This document shows positions 50,010 to 62,483 of a stretch of DNA of 64,000 nt, piece after piece. Origin of the DNA: Callorhinchus milii (lineage: Eukaryota); contig NW_024704757.1 in NCBI RefSeq assembly GCF_018977255.1, positions 7,564,001 to 7,628,000 of the forward strand, read 5' to 3'. Both the position numbers and the translations under genes were made by a program. Positions within the stretch are counted from its first letter, which is position 1, and every line of letters starts with the position of its first letter. The notes beneath the pieces are model-generated. The model worked only from the letters and a program-made list of their open reading frames with translations, was not told where the DNA came from and searched no databases.

Positions 50010-51957
50010 GAAAATGGCGGAACAGCTGAGACCTGTTGCAGCACATTGTTGCCATGTGGGAGCTCCAGGACTCTTCCCTTGTACTGGACAACCATGTGAG
50101 CAGGAAGTGGCCCCGGCTGCTGGAGCTCAAGCTCAGGGTTTCTGAGTTTGAGGAGAGGCTGGTGTCACCGTATGCGTACAGGAAGCTGAAACCTTTATGG
50201 ATCGTATGTTTCAGGAGGTGGTCACCCCATAGCCACAGAGAGTTCAGGAGAAGAGTGAGTGGGTGACCACCCAGCATGGTAGGAAGCAGAGACAGGCAGT
50301 GCAGAAATCCCCCAGGACACTAAGCAGTGTCTGTACTGAATACTGGTTAGGGTAACGACACCTCGGGGGAGGGCAATCTTAGGCAAATCCATGGCACAGT
50401 GGGACAAACAACTGTACGGGGGTCACAGAGAAGTGTAGCAATGCTATTGTCGTTGAGATTCAACAGTCAGGGGGATAGACAGGAGTTTCTGCAACTGCAG
50501 ACATGAGTCTCACATGGCGTGTTGCCTCCCTGGTGCCAGGGTGGAGGATATCACAGAACGGGTGCAGAAAATTCTGCAGGGGGAAGGAGAGTAGCCAGAA
50601 GTCGTGGTCCATACTGGAACCAATGACGTACAGACAGAGTTTCAGGAGCTCAGGAGGAGACTAAAGAGCAGGACCTCAAAGGTGGTAATCACTGGATTAC
50701 TGCCAGTGCCATGTGCGTGTGTAGGAATAGCAAGATAAAGTAGGTTTAATGTGTGGCTGGAGAAATGGTGCAGCCTTCAGATTCCTGGGGCATTGGGACC
50801 AGTTCTGGGGCATGAGGGACCTGTAAAAGGTGGATGGGCTGCATCTGAACAGGGCTTGGACCAATGTCCTTGCAGGGAGGTTAGCTAGTGCTGTAGGGGA
50901 GGGTGTCACTAATTTAGTCGGGGGGGGGGGGGTGGAAAAAGGATATAACATCAGAGAGGGGAAACAAGGAACATAGAGGAATGGGAGAGACCAATAACTT
51001 TGGAATAAAGAGTAGTCCAGAAAGAGGAGGGACCAAACAGGGGAGAAATGCAAAACCGAGGCAGGCTTGGAGTGCATGGGCGTGAATGCACAGAGTGTGA
51101 CAAATAAGGTTGGTGAGCTGCAGGTGCAAGCTGCCACATGGGGTTATGATGTAGCGGCAATAACAGAGACCTGGCTCAAAATAAGGGCAGGAATGAGAGC
51201 TTAGCATTCCTGACTACAATGTATTCAGGAGGGTTAGGGAAAGAAAAAAGAGGAGGGGATGGGGGCAGTATTGATCAAAGATACTGTTATAGCCCTGGAA
51301 AGGAATGATGTGATAGAAGGTTCAAAAACAGAATGAGGAAGGAAGCAGTGCTGGATCTAGTTCTGAGGAATGAAGTAGGGCAGGTTTCAGTGGGAGAGCA
51401 TCTGAATAACAGTGATCACAACATCATTAGGTGTACAGTATTTATGGAAAGGGACAAGGAGCAATCAAAGGTGAAGATATTCAATTGGAAGAGGCTAATT
51501 TCAGTGAGCTGAAGAGGGATCTGGGCCAGGTGAATGGGAAACAAAGATTGATGTGTAAAACGGTAAACAAGTAATGTGAGGCCTTCAAGCAGGAGATAGT
51601 TAGGGTACAGATCAAACACATTCCCACAAGGGGGAAAAGGTGGGGCATCCAAAATTAGAGGATAACTAACGAAACTGGGATGCAAATGAAACAGAAAAAG
51701 GAGGCTTATGATAAATGTCAAATTCAAAATACATTAGAGAATCAAGCAGAATACAAAAAGTGCAGAGAACTGAGAAAAGTAATGAGGGGCAAAGAGAGTG
51801 TATGAGAAAAGATTAGCAAGTAACTTAAAAGGAACCCTGAAGTCTTCTGGCTGGGAGACAGAAAGCAGAGGGTAGTGGTGAATGGTTGTTTTTCAGACTG
51901 GAAGGAAGTATACAGTGGTGTCCCCCAGAGGTTGGTATTATGTCCATTGCTTTTTTT
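50010..51957 (+). mobile_element. CR1 LINE 5' part: ORF1 (zinc finger/coiled coil, SGNH esterase-like) plus deleted ORF2
   Basis: MAEQLRPV..MWELQD..LLELKLRVSE; DSTVRGIDR..CCLPGARVED..VVVHTGTND; endonuclease-like NAQSVTNK..AITETWL; RT piece QRVVVNG..SGVPQ. Confidence 0.85.
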
Positions 51958-52513
51958 AATAGAATCATGCAATTATACAGCATATAAGAAGGCCATTCGG
52001 CCCATCGTGCCTGTGCCAGCTCTTTGAAAGATCTATCCAAATTAACCCCACTCCCCCGCTCTCTCACCATCGCCTTGCAAATTTGTCCTCCCAAATATCT
52101 ATCCACTCCTCTCTTGAAAGTTGTTATTGAATTTGCTTCCACCACCATTTCAGGCAGTGCATTCCACATCTGATCAACTCACTGTGTGAAACAATTCCAC
52201 TAGCAGGTGGGTCAGTAATCAGGGCACATAAATTTACGATAATTGGGAAAAGAACCAGAGGGGAGATAAGGAGGCTTTTTCTTAAAATAAACACAGAGAG
52301 TTGTTACGGTCTAGAATGCACTGCCTGAAAGGCTGGTGGGAACAGATTCAATAACAACTTTCAAAGGGAATTAGATAGGAACTTGAAAAGGAAAAATTTG
52401 CAGGGGTATGGGGAAAGAGCAGGTGCGTGGGACTGATTGGGCAGCTCTTCCAAAGACCGACATAGGCACGATGGGCCGAATGGCCTCCTTCTGTGCTGTA
52501 ATTTATGATTCTA
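51958..52513. mobile_element. Two CR1 3' ends in opposite orientation (minus ~51958-52195, plus ~52197-52513)
   Basis: Both carry the 'gggccgaatggcct..tgtgctg/tatgctg..tgattcta' tail. Confidence 0.85.
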
Positions 52514-52758
52514 TCGGGGCTGTGCCAAGCAAACCAGGTTTAATAAAAGCCAACTGTATTTCAAATACATTTTCACCAGGCAATGTGCTTCCTAGCCCCC
52601 TGTGGCTCACTCAGTATAGATCTCACTGCGATAACTCTGATGGTTACAAAATGTAATGGACGAAAACTGCTTTAAGGTGAGTGCATTTGTCACTGTTGTG
52701 TGACCAATGGAAAATCTTGCTCTCACTTGTGCAAAGGGCATCATCACAGCATCAATTA

Positions 52759-52959
<201 letters not shown>

Positions 52960-53144
52960 TCAAAAACACTGAGAGACGGTGGTTTTCAAATCCACATAAG
53001 CAGCGTTTAATATCGCAACCTAATTATGTTTTGTCTTTCAAAAGCACACTACTTAAAAGAAGGAACACTGAGATTAGAAGGTAATGGTGTAATCATGTAA
53101 CATGTACACATAGAAACACAGAGGGATTTTGGCTGTTTATAACA

Positions 53145-53425
53145 ATGATATTCCTTACATTTGATATAGTGCCTCACCACATCTTCGAGATATCTCAAAA
53201 CGCTTCACAGATTATACTGTAAAGTTAATTGACTGTATATTTTGTGGACAGAACGCGGCAGCCAATTGCAGTGTCCCACAAACAGTCATGGATTCAGTGA
53301 CTAAATCATTAGTTTTAAAAAATGTGGAGTGAGGACACTTGCCTAACGTTTCACCCTGGCCGGGAATCAAACCTGGATCTTGTCGCTTGTGAAGCGAGTG
53401 CTCAAACCATGAAGCTACAGAACTC
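53145..53425 (-). mobile_element. tRNA-derived SINE in the intron after the first LCMT1 coding exon
   Basis: Same family; degenerate head. Confidence 0.8.
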
Positions 53426-53470
53426 CACATTTCCCCACCCTGCTCCTCAGCTCTGCCAGCACACTGGTAC

Positions 53471-53559
53471 CTTTTGCACACTGTGGCATCATCACAAGTA
53501 GAACGCACTGCTTCATCCGAAGAATCATCCGACACAGTGATTAAGTGTTTGGTCGCCAT
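53471..53559 (-). CDS. LCMT1: LCMT1 first coding exon (MATKHLITVSDDSSDEAVRSTCDDATVCK); leucine carboxyl methyltransferase 1 (PP2A methyltransferase)
   Basis: ATG at 53559, donor at 53470; an acceptor-like ttcgcatcttgcAG lies 7 nt upstream of the ATG. Confidence 0.92.
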
Positions 53560-53929
53560 CCAGTTACTGCAAGATGCGAAAATACACTGTCAGCATTTCT
53601 GAGAAATTATATTTTTCCCTCGAAACAACTCTTGAGAAGTAAGGCGCTGACTGATAAATAATCCATGCATTAATTATAGCAGCTTATCATGTCATTTGAA
53701 AGATCTCAAAGGGTGTGCCACAGGATTTACTGTAAAGTGTTGTGACTGTGTGTGGTTTTAGGCAAATGTGGCAGCCAATATGCGAACAGTAATGTCCCAC
53801 AGCAGCCATGAGGAAGTGACCAATTGTATCCGAGGGGATTATCGGCCAGGAAACCGGGAGAGACTCTTGTCAAACATAACTGGCAGTTCAGGATCTCAGT
53901 TTTAACATCTCTGACAATGAGAGATACTC

Positions 53930-55045
53930 ATTCTCTCTCTCACACACACTCTCTCTCTCACGCGCTCTCACACGGGTGCGCGCTCACACCCTCACCCACA
54001 CACCCGCCCACGTACACCCTCACCCGCCCACGCACCCACCCTCCCTCACTCCCCCTCTCATACACACACACTCCCCCCCCACCTCTCACACCCACACTCC
54101 CCCCCTCTCACACAAACACACTCCCTCACACACACACACCCCCTCACACACACACCCCCTTCACACACACCTCCTCACACCCCCCCCTCACACACAACCC
54201 CCTCACACACACCTCCTCACACACCCCCCCTCACACACACCCCCTTCACACAGCCCCCTCACACACACCTCCTCACACACCCCCCACCCCCACACCCCCT
54301 CACACCCCCCCCTCACACCCCCCACACCCCCCTCACACCCCCCTCACACACCCCTCACACCCCCCCTCCTCACACCCCCCCCCCCTCACACCCCCCCTCA
54401 CACCCCCCTCACACACCCCCCCCTCACACCCCCCCCCCTCCCCCTCACACCCCCCACACCCCCCTCACACACCCCCACCCCTCACACACACCCCCTCACA
54501 CCCCCCCTCACACACCCCCTCACACACACCCCCCTCACACACCCCCCCCCTCACACCCCCCCCCCCTCACACACACCCCCCCCTCACACACACCCCCACA
54601 CCCCCCTCACACCCCCCCTCACACACCCCCCCTCACACACCCCCCCCTCACACCCCCCCCCCCCCCCTCACACACCCCCCCTCCCTCACACCCCCCACAC
54701 CCCCTCACACACCCCCCCCTCACACCCCCACCCCCCTCACACACCCCCCCCCTCACACACCCCCTCACACCCCCCCTCACACCCCCCTCACACACCCCCT
54801 CACACACACCCCTCACACCCCCTCACACACACCCCCCCCCCTCACACACCACACCCCCTCACACCCCCCCCTCACACACCCCCCTCACACACACCCCCCT
54901 CACACCCCCCCTCACACCCCTCACCCCCCACACCCCCTCACACACACCCCCCTCCCTCACACCCCCCACACCCCCCTCACACACACCCCCCACACCCCCC
55001 TCACACACACCCCCCCTCACACACACCCCCCTCACACAGACACAC
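53930..55045. repeat. C/A-rich minisatellite (CCCCTCACAC-like; G-rich on the minus strand)
   Basis: Read directly; explains the spurious His/Thr/Pro ORFs 53824-55197 and 53976-55079. Confidence 0.95.
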
Positions 55046-55049
55046 GCAC

Positions 55050-55290
55050 CACACACTCAGCTGTTACAGGACTCAGTGAGAGGGCCCTCCACCCACGTGA
55101 CACATCCTGTCGCTGCACAGCGCCGCAGCCGCAGAGGACACGAGCAGCTGATTGGTCCGCCCGCGCGCTCCCGTCCCGCCCCTCGACAACGTCATAGAGA
55201 CGCCTTGTCACTCAAACAGAAGACTGCGCATGCGCCCAGCCCGGCCCTGGCTGACCACGTGAGCGCAAAGCGATTCACTCTCTGATGCGA
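55050..55290 (-). promoter_or_regulatory. Probable LCMT1 promoter and non-coding first exon
   Basis: Small CpG island with GTCACGTG/CACGTG (55094-55099, 55256-55261), CCAAT (55151-55155), GC box (~55176-55181) and NRF1 TGCGCATGCGC (55225-55235). Confidence 0.7.
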
Positions 55291-55396
55291 ATAAAAACAT
55301 ATTGTGATGGAGCCCCACAGATCTGTGCTACTGTTGGCGGGAAAGGATGTGAATTGCTCCCAAATATAAAGCAGGCGAAGGGTTTACGGCGCTATA

Positions 55397-56123
55397 ACAA
55401 CAACAACAACAACAAGATTCCATTTATAAAGCGCCTTTCACGTCAGGAGGACGTCCCAAGGCGCTGCACAGTTGGGTCATGACCCGAGCAGGGGGGAAAT
55501 GGTCAGGGTGAGGGGAGGGAAGGGAGGGAGCGAGGAGGGGGAAATGGTCAGGGTGAGGGGAGGGAGGGAGGGAGCGAGGAGGGGGGAAATGGTCAGGGTG
55601 AGGGAGGGGAGGGAGCGAGGAGGGGGAAATGGTCAGGGTGAGGGGAGGGAAGGGAGGGAGCGAGGAGGGGGAAATGGTCAGGGTGAGGGGAGGGAAGGGA
55701 GGGAGCGAGGAGGGGGGAAATGGTCAGGGTGAGGGGAGGGAAGGGAGGGAGCAAGGAGGGGGGAAATGGTCAGGGTAAGGGGAGGGAAGGGGAGGGGAGC
55801 GAGGAGGAGGAAGAGAGTCGAGAGGGGAGCTGAAGGCTCGGTCAAAGAGAAAGGTTTTGAGACCGGCCTTGAAGGAGGAAAGGGAGGAAGCGGCGAAGGC
55901 ACTGGGGGATGGAGTTCCAGAGCCTGGGGGCTGAGAGGCTGAAGGCCCGACCACCGATGGTAGGGCGGTTGGGGCGGGGGACGTGGAGCAGACCGGAGCC
56001 AGAGGAACGGAGGGTACGGGCAGGTAGGTAGGGGGATAGTAGGTTGGAGAGGTAGGAGGGAGCAAGGCCGTGAATGGCCTTGTAGGTGAGGATGAGGATC
56101 TTGAAATCAATCCTCTGTATCAA
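55397..56123 (-). mobile_element. L2 3' fragment
   Basis: IQRIDFKILILTYKAIHGLAPSYL...; (TTG)n tail. Confidence 0.9.
55487..55810 (+). repeat. ~45-bp minisatellite, 7 copies (GGGGGAAATGGTCAGGGTGAGGGGAGGGAAGGGAGGGAGCGAGGA), inside an L2 3' end
   Basis: AAATGGTCAGGGT occurs 7 times between 55497 and 55776. Confidence 0.92.
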
Positions 56124-56859
56124 TCCTATAATTAGGAGGGCAAGTTTGCAGGGCTGTTGGGAGAGAGCGGGGGAGCGGCATTGATTTGGAAAAGCTCTTT
56201 TGAAAGAGCGGACGCCGACAGGATTGGCCGAATGGCCTCCTTCTGTGCTGTATAAATTCTAAGGGCGATGTGTGTGCCCGATCAAACTCCTGATTTTCCT
56301 TCCTGCTTCCCTCGCGGCATTCATTTCACATGTTTTTACAGTGTTGCTTGTTTTCCCGCCCTGGCACCTCTGCAACCGGCTTACTCCCCAACACCCCACC
56401 CACCTGCTGCCTTCGCTTGACTGGCTCAGGCCTCCTACGGGTCCCTCGTGCTCTCTGTTCCACCATTGGTGGCCATTGCCTTCAACCACTACGGCCTAAA
56501 ACTATGGAACGCTATTCCTCTATCCCTCCACCTTACCCATCTTCAGATCGCGCCTGAAGACGTTCCTCTTCAACCATGCCTATGATTGTTAGAATGGAAC
56601 GGTCTATCCCTGGAGGATGCATCCTGTTTACCTAATTCTGGAAAGTATTAGGCACAGAGCCGAGGCTTGGCAACCCACACTGTGGGTTAAGGTAACTGCT
56701 GGAGTTTAACCAGCTGAACCCATATAGCTTGCCATTGAGAGCACTCTTTGAAGATAGGAACAGGAGTAGGCCATTCAGCCCCTCAAGCCTGTCTCACCAT
56801 TCTATTAGATCATGGCTGATGTATACCTAAATAATAATAATCCTTGTATTTGATATAAC

Positions 56860-57348
56860 AACAGCAAATTACATTTGTATAATGCCTTTCATATCAGGAG
56901 GACGTCCCAAGACAGTCAGGGATCTTCACTCGAGCTGGTGGTTGGGATCAAGAGGGTGGGGAGGGTAGGGTGACTGAAGGCATGGTCAAAGAGGAGGGTC
57001 TTGAAGGAGGCAACAGAGGGGGCGAGGTGGAGGGACTGTGCTTTGGAGTTCCAGAGGGTGGGGTTCCCATCACACAGAGGATACAGTTCAAGATCCTGAT
57101 CCTCACCTTTAAAGCACTCCATGGTCTTGCTCCCCCCTACCTCTCCAACCTCCTAACCTCCTACCATCCTGTTCGCTCCCTCCGCTCAGCGGGCTCCGGC
57201 CTGCTTCACGTGCTCCTTCTTGCTCGCCCTACTATTGTCGGGTGGACCTTCTGCCACTCTGCACCCACCCTCTGGAACTCCATCCCGCAGTCCCTCTATC
57301 TCGCCCCCTCCAAGACTCACCTTAAGACCCTCCTCTTTGACCGTGCTT
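56860..57348. mobile_element. Two L2 3' fragments in opposite orientation
   Basis: Minus 3' tail ~56860-57063 abuts plus PITQRIQFKILILTFKALHG segment ~57064-57348. Confidence 0.85.
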
Positions 57349-58244
57349 TATCTCTGTCTGTAATTTTGTTGTTGCTGGGGGCAGTGAGGCTGAAGGCCCG
57401 CCCACCTTACCACATCTTTGAGACATCCCATAATAACATAAGAAATGCAAGACGAGAAAAGACCAAGGTCCATCTAGTTCGCCTTCCACCTTCCTAGCGG
57501 TCGCATGGACATATGTCCCCAACACCCCATGTACTATATCCCATAATGCTATTTCCTAAAAGAAATAGGACTTTGTGGACACTCTGTATAGGGTGTTATA
57601 AAGCAGAACTGGCAAGCTTTCCCGCTGCTTGTCCAGCTAGGACCACCCTACCCATTAGGGCTTTGGCTGCATGGGTTAACCGGAGCTGAGTGGGATGACT
57701 ACCTGGCCCCCAGTGACCGGTCAGCCCTTCCAGGCTGGGCCATCATCAGCCGTGCCCTGGAATATTACGGACCCGCTTGGCTCAGGAACTACAACTGGAC
57801 CGTATATATGCACATACTTTAGCACAAAGGTACACATGCAATACTGTAGTAACTGTGTTACCGAGGTTATCTGCGCTGGACTTTGCTGCCGATGACGATC
57901 CTGCGGTACAATGGCCTGGGATCACCAGCTTCTCTCTGTCAGTCAGTCAGTCAGTCAGAGGCTGCCTCCCCCCCCCCACTCTGGTCAGCCACGCATGTGC
58001 AGTCACTTCGTGCTACTCCTTGGGTGGGGGAAGAGTTAGGGAGGAAGGAGTTGCAGAGGGTTGACTGAAGGCGAGTGACTGTACAACCGTCTCTGCGGAA
58101 AGAGACTTACACAGTGTCTGTCTGTCTGCAGGGAGGGAACGGCAGGTTATCTCAGGGCCGTGGAGGGGCTGGAGAGGGGGGGCGGGGAGGGGGGGGGGGG
58201 GCAGAGGCGTTTGTAAGTAAAATATCTGCGAGAATAGGAAGTGT

Positions 58245-58506
58245 GAGAGAGGAAGAGAGTGAGAGAAGGAGAGAGGAGAGTGAGAGAGAGGAGGGGGGAG
58301 GGGAGAGAGAGAGGAGTGGAGAGAGAGAGAGAGAGGAGAGTGAGAGAGGAGGGGGAGAGAGAGAGGAGAGGAGAGTGGAGAGAGAGAGAGAGAGGAGGGG
58401 AGAGTGAGGGAAGGAGAGTGAGAGAAGGAGAGAGAGAGAGAGAGGGGGGGATTTTATTTTAAAATATAACGTATTTGATTGAAGAATAAAGAAGATTGAG
58501 ACTGAA

Positions 58507-58540
<34 letters not shown>

Positions 58541-58990
58541 ACCCGCCGGGAGGGGGGGGGGGGGCAGCGGGTACAGTGTATCAGTCGGGGAGGGAGGGAG
58601 GAGGGGGTTACAAAGTGTCGGCGCTGGTTACAGTGTATCCGGGGCTGTTACACAGTATCCGCTGGGAGGGGAGTGAGGGAGGAGGGGGGAGTGAGGGAGG
58701 GGGAGGGGGAGTGAGGGAGGCACGTGCGAGGGGGAGTGAGGGGGCGCTAGGGGAGTGAGGGAGGAGGGGAGTGAGGGGGGGGAGTGAGGGAGGAGGGGGG
58801 AGTGAGGGGGAGGGGAGTGAGGGAGGAGTGAGGGGAGTGAGGGGAGGGGAGTGAGGGAGGAGGGGGGAGTGAGGGGGAGGGGGAGTGAGGGGGAGGGGAG
58901 TGAGGGGGAGGGGGGAGTGAGGGGGAGGGGAGTGAGGAGGAGGGGGAGTGAGGGGAGCGCCGCCGAGAGGAGAGAGAGAGAGAGAGAGGC
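58245..58990 (+). repeat. GA-rich microsatellites and GGGAGTGAGG-type purine minisatellite upstream of ARHGAP17
   Basis: Read directly from sequence. Confidence 0.9.
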
Positions 58991-59075
58991 CGACACACAC
59001 ACACACACACACACTATGTTGCTGACGCCTGTCCGCGCCTGAGGTCGGGGCTGAGGGAAGGAACCAGAGGCCGCC

Positions 59076-59128
59076 ATGAAGAAACAGTTCAATCGGATGA
59101 AGCAGTTGGCCAGTCAGACCGTGGGCAG
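59076..59128 (+). CDS. ARHGAP17: ARHGAP17 (RICH1/nadrin) coding exon 1 (MKKQFNRMKQLASQTVGR)
   Basis: Perfect Kozak gccgccATG, 53-bp exon, GT at 59129. RMKQ (rather than RMRQ of ARHGAP44) and head-to-head position with LCMT1 as in human. Exon 2 not found in the window. Confidence 0.88.
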
Positions 59129-59149
59129 GTGGGAGCCGGCGGGGGGGAG

Positions 59150-59635
59150 GGGAGGGGCGCTGTGCCCCCGGGATGGGGGAGTGGGTGTGGGCGCTGTGCC
59201 CCCGGATGGTGGGGGGTGGGGGGGCGCTGTGCCCCGGGATGGGGGGGGGCGCTGTGCCCCCGGGATGGGGTGGGGGGGCGCTGTGCCCCCGGGATGGGGT
59301 GGGGGGGCGCTGTGCCCCCGGGATGGTGGGGGGGTGGGGGGGCGCTGTGCCCCCCGGGATGGGGGGGAGTGGGTGGGCGCTGTGCCCCGGGATGGGGTGG
59401 GGGGCGCTGTGCCCGGATGGTGTGGGGGGGCGCTGTGCCCCCGGGATGGGGGGGAGTGGGTGGGGGGGCGCTGTGCCCCCCGGGATGGGGGGGAGTGGGT
59501 GGGGGGCGCTGTGCCCCCCGGGATGGGGTGGGGGGGCGCTGTGCCCCCGGGATGGGGTGGGGGGGGCGCTGTGCCCCCGGGATGGGGGGGGGGGTGGGGG
59601 GGCGCTGTGCCCCCGGGATGGGGGGGGGAGTGGGC
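59150..59635 (+). repeat. GC-rich VNTR in ARHGAP17 intron 1 (core GGGGGCGCTGTGCCCCCGGGAT, about 15 units)
   Basis: Read directly; the 'cgctgtgcc' core recurs with variable G-run spacers. Confidence 0.92.
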
Positions 59636-61629
59636 GACATCGCCTCCCGGAACCTCTCTCTTTGTCTGAAGCGGTAACCTGGGGCCGCGGTTGTGACGGG
59701 GGTCCGGGGGGGTCGGGGGGTCCCGGGGGTCGGGGGTCCCCCTCTCTCGGGTAAAGCGGCCGCTGTGTCGGGCGGCGGCTCCGGGTCAGTGAGAACAAAT
59801 AGGGCCGATACACCCGGAGCTGTTCCTTATTCCTCCCGTCACCAGTCCCACAGCGGAGGGACGAAACCCCCTCTCTCTCTCTCTCTCTCTCCCCCTCTCT
59901 CTCTCTCTCTCTCTGTGTGTGAGTGGCTGTGCGGCTCTCGGGCTGTGCGGCTCTCGGGCTGTGCGGCTGTGCGGTGACACTGTTATCCCGACGCAAACTC
60001 TTCGACATTCTTCGTTGACCGTAGTTTTTACTGTGTGGCCCTTTCTCTCGCGTTACACTTAAAAAGATACGTTGGAAAGTTGGAAGGAAAATCCGCGCTG
60101 TCATCTTTTCGCAGCCGATGCGGTGGGTCTCATGGCCACTCTCAACAACAACAACAACAACACCAACACCAACAACGTGATTGCATTTCTAGAGCGCCTT
60201 TCACGTCGGGAGGACGTCCCAAGGCGCCTGGACAGTTGGGTCCTGGACCCGAGCAGTGGGGGGGTGTGGGGGGGGTGTGGGGGGAAATGGTCAGGGTGAG
60301 AGGGGGGGGGGAGGCAGGGAGCGAGGAGGGGGTAGAGAGTTGAGAGGCGCGGTCGAGGAGAAAGGTCTTGAGACCGGCCTTGAAGGAGGAGAGGGAGGAG
60401 GCGGCGAAGGCGCTGGGGGATAGACCGCACCACAACAGACCAGACAGCACCACAAGCCCTCACTCACTCGGGGTGTACACTGTGTGCAGCAATATTGTTA
60501 AAGATTACCCAACGTTTCCCATCGGCGTGTTGGCTCATGCCATCGCTATGTGATCCTGTTTGCCGCAGCTGTTCCTCCAGCCTTTGTAGTCAACCTGAAA
60601 CCTGGGCCCCCGCAGCAGGACCTAACCACCTTAATCATTCACCCCCAAACTCTGGAACCCTCTCCCTCTATCCCTCTGCCTTGCCCCCTCCCTTTCCCAT
60701 CTTCAGATCACACGCCTGAAAACCTTGCTCTTCGACCGCGCCTACGGTCAACTCCCCCCCCCCCCCCCAGCTCAGCAACGGGCTTCGCCACTGTCGAGCG
60801 CTCTGGGACGCTACCCTGCGCGTTTGAGGGGACGCTGTATAAATGCAAGTTGTTGTTGTTGATGTCTGTGTCACAGTAATGGTGCGAGGCGCCTGTAGAG
60901 AAGGACATGGCAGAGCTGAGTGGTTTGTGATGTGTTTCTGTGCTGCGCTCAGTAACTGTCTGCACAAGCCGGGGCAGGTTTCACACCCGAGTATGAAGGA
61001 TGCTTCCTCTTGTCACTGCATGCCAGACTGACTTGCTTTTCGGGGTGAGGGTATGTGGCAGGTGGTTTGTTGCTTGTTGTGGACTTGTTATTGGGCTCCA
61101 GAAACTGGTGGCATCGCTGACCTAATTGAAATGCTTTTCCTCTTAAAACGCTGACCTAGTTGAATTGTGAATGTTATGAAGTCCATCTCCACAGTCACTT
61201 GTGATATACTGATCCAACTCTAATAACCCTCTATATGAAAAACATTTTTTGTGAAAAAAAACCTGCCTTAGTTCTTCCAGTGACATCCCTGTGTCTTGTG
61301 ACCTCCTGTCATCTTTGGGATGGGTCAGTGGGATTTGAAGGTGAACAAGGTGTAATATCCCCAGGGTCTTGTACAAAGAGGGGGACAGGTTTGGGACATC
61401 CCCTCCTGTGATTGCTGTGAAGCAGCAATGACCTACCTCTTGTGTTTAGTGACACAATCTGAAAGTATTTCCAGATGTTCTGTGAGGAGCTCTCTGCCCA
61501 CTCTAAGAGAGCAAACAGACAGGAGAAGCCCCTTCCAAAATTGGAGTGGATGAGGGAATGTGAGTTGTGTGTAGAGGGTTAGGGCTAGTTTCCGCTCATG
61601 GTTGAATGAGATTGTTTATTGGAGAATGG

Positions 61630-62483
61630 TCGCAGACTGCAGGAGGACATACACAGACACATGGCAGATGGAATTTAATGCAGAAAAGTGTGAGGTGATG
61701 CATTTTGGAAAGAAGAATGAGGAGAGACAATATACAATAAATGGTACAAGTTTAAAGGCGGCTCAGGAGCAGAGCGACCTGGGGGTTTACATAACATACA
61801 CAGGTCTTTGGAGGTGGCAGGACAGGTTGATAGAGGATAAGAATAGTAAATAATAGTAAAGCATTTGAGATCCTTGGCTTTACAAATAGAGGTTTAGAGT
61901 GCAAAACAAGAAAGATCTGCTAAACCTTTATAAGTCGCTGGTTTGGCCTCAGCTGGAGTATTGTGTCCAATTCTGGGCACCACACCTTAGGAAGGATATC
62001 AAGGCCTTGGAGAGGGTGCAGAGGAGATTTAGCAGAACGATACCAGGGATGAGGGACTTTAGTTATGCGGAGAGACTAGGGAAGCTGGGATTGTTCTCCT
62101 TAGACTTGTGAGGCTTAATAAAGGTGTTCAAAATTATGAGGGAGTTTGATAGAGTAGATAAGGAGAAACTGTTTCCACTGGCGGGTGGAAACTAACCAGG
62201 GCACATAGATCCAAGATAGTTGGCAAAAGAACCAGAGGGGAGATGAGGAGAATTTTTTTTACAGAGAGTTGATACAGTCTAGAATGGACTGTCTAAAAGG
62301 CTGGGGGAAACAGATTCAGTAACAACTTTTAAAAGGGAATTGGATAGGTACTTGGAAAGGAAACATTTTCAAGGGCATGGGGAAAGAATAGAGAAGTGAG
62401 TCTGATTGGGTAGCTCTTCCAAAGAGCCAGCACAGGCACGATGGGCGGAACGGCTCCTGTGCTGTAATATTCTATGATTCTAT
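61630..62483 (+). mobile_element. CR1 LINE 3' fragment
   Basis: WQMEFNAEKCEVMHFG, PQLEYCVQFWAPH motifs; 'ttctatgattctatg' tail. Confidence 0.93.

Noticed and set aside
53824-55197. 457-aa and 367-aa His/Thr/Pro ORFs
   Set aside because: Translations of a C/A minisatellite.
58608-60104. 498-aa minus-strand ORF and the 197-aa extension of the ARHGAP17 start
   Set aside because: Read-through of GC-rich repeats; real homology stops at the donor at 59129.
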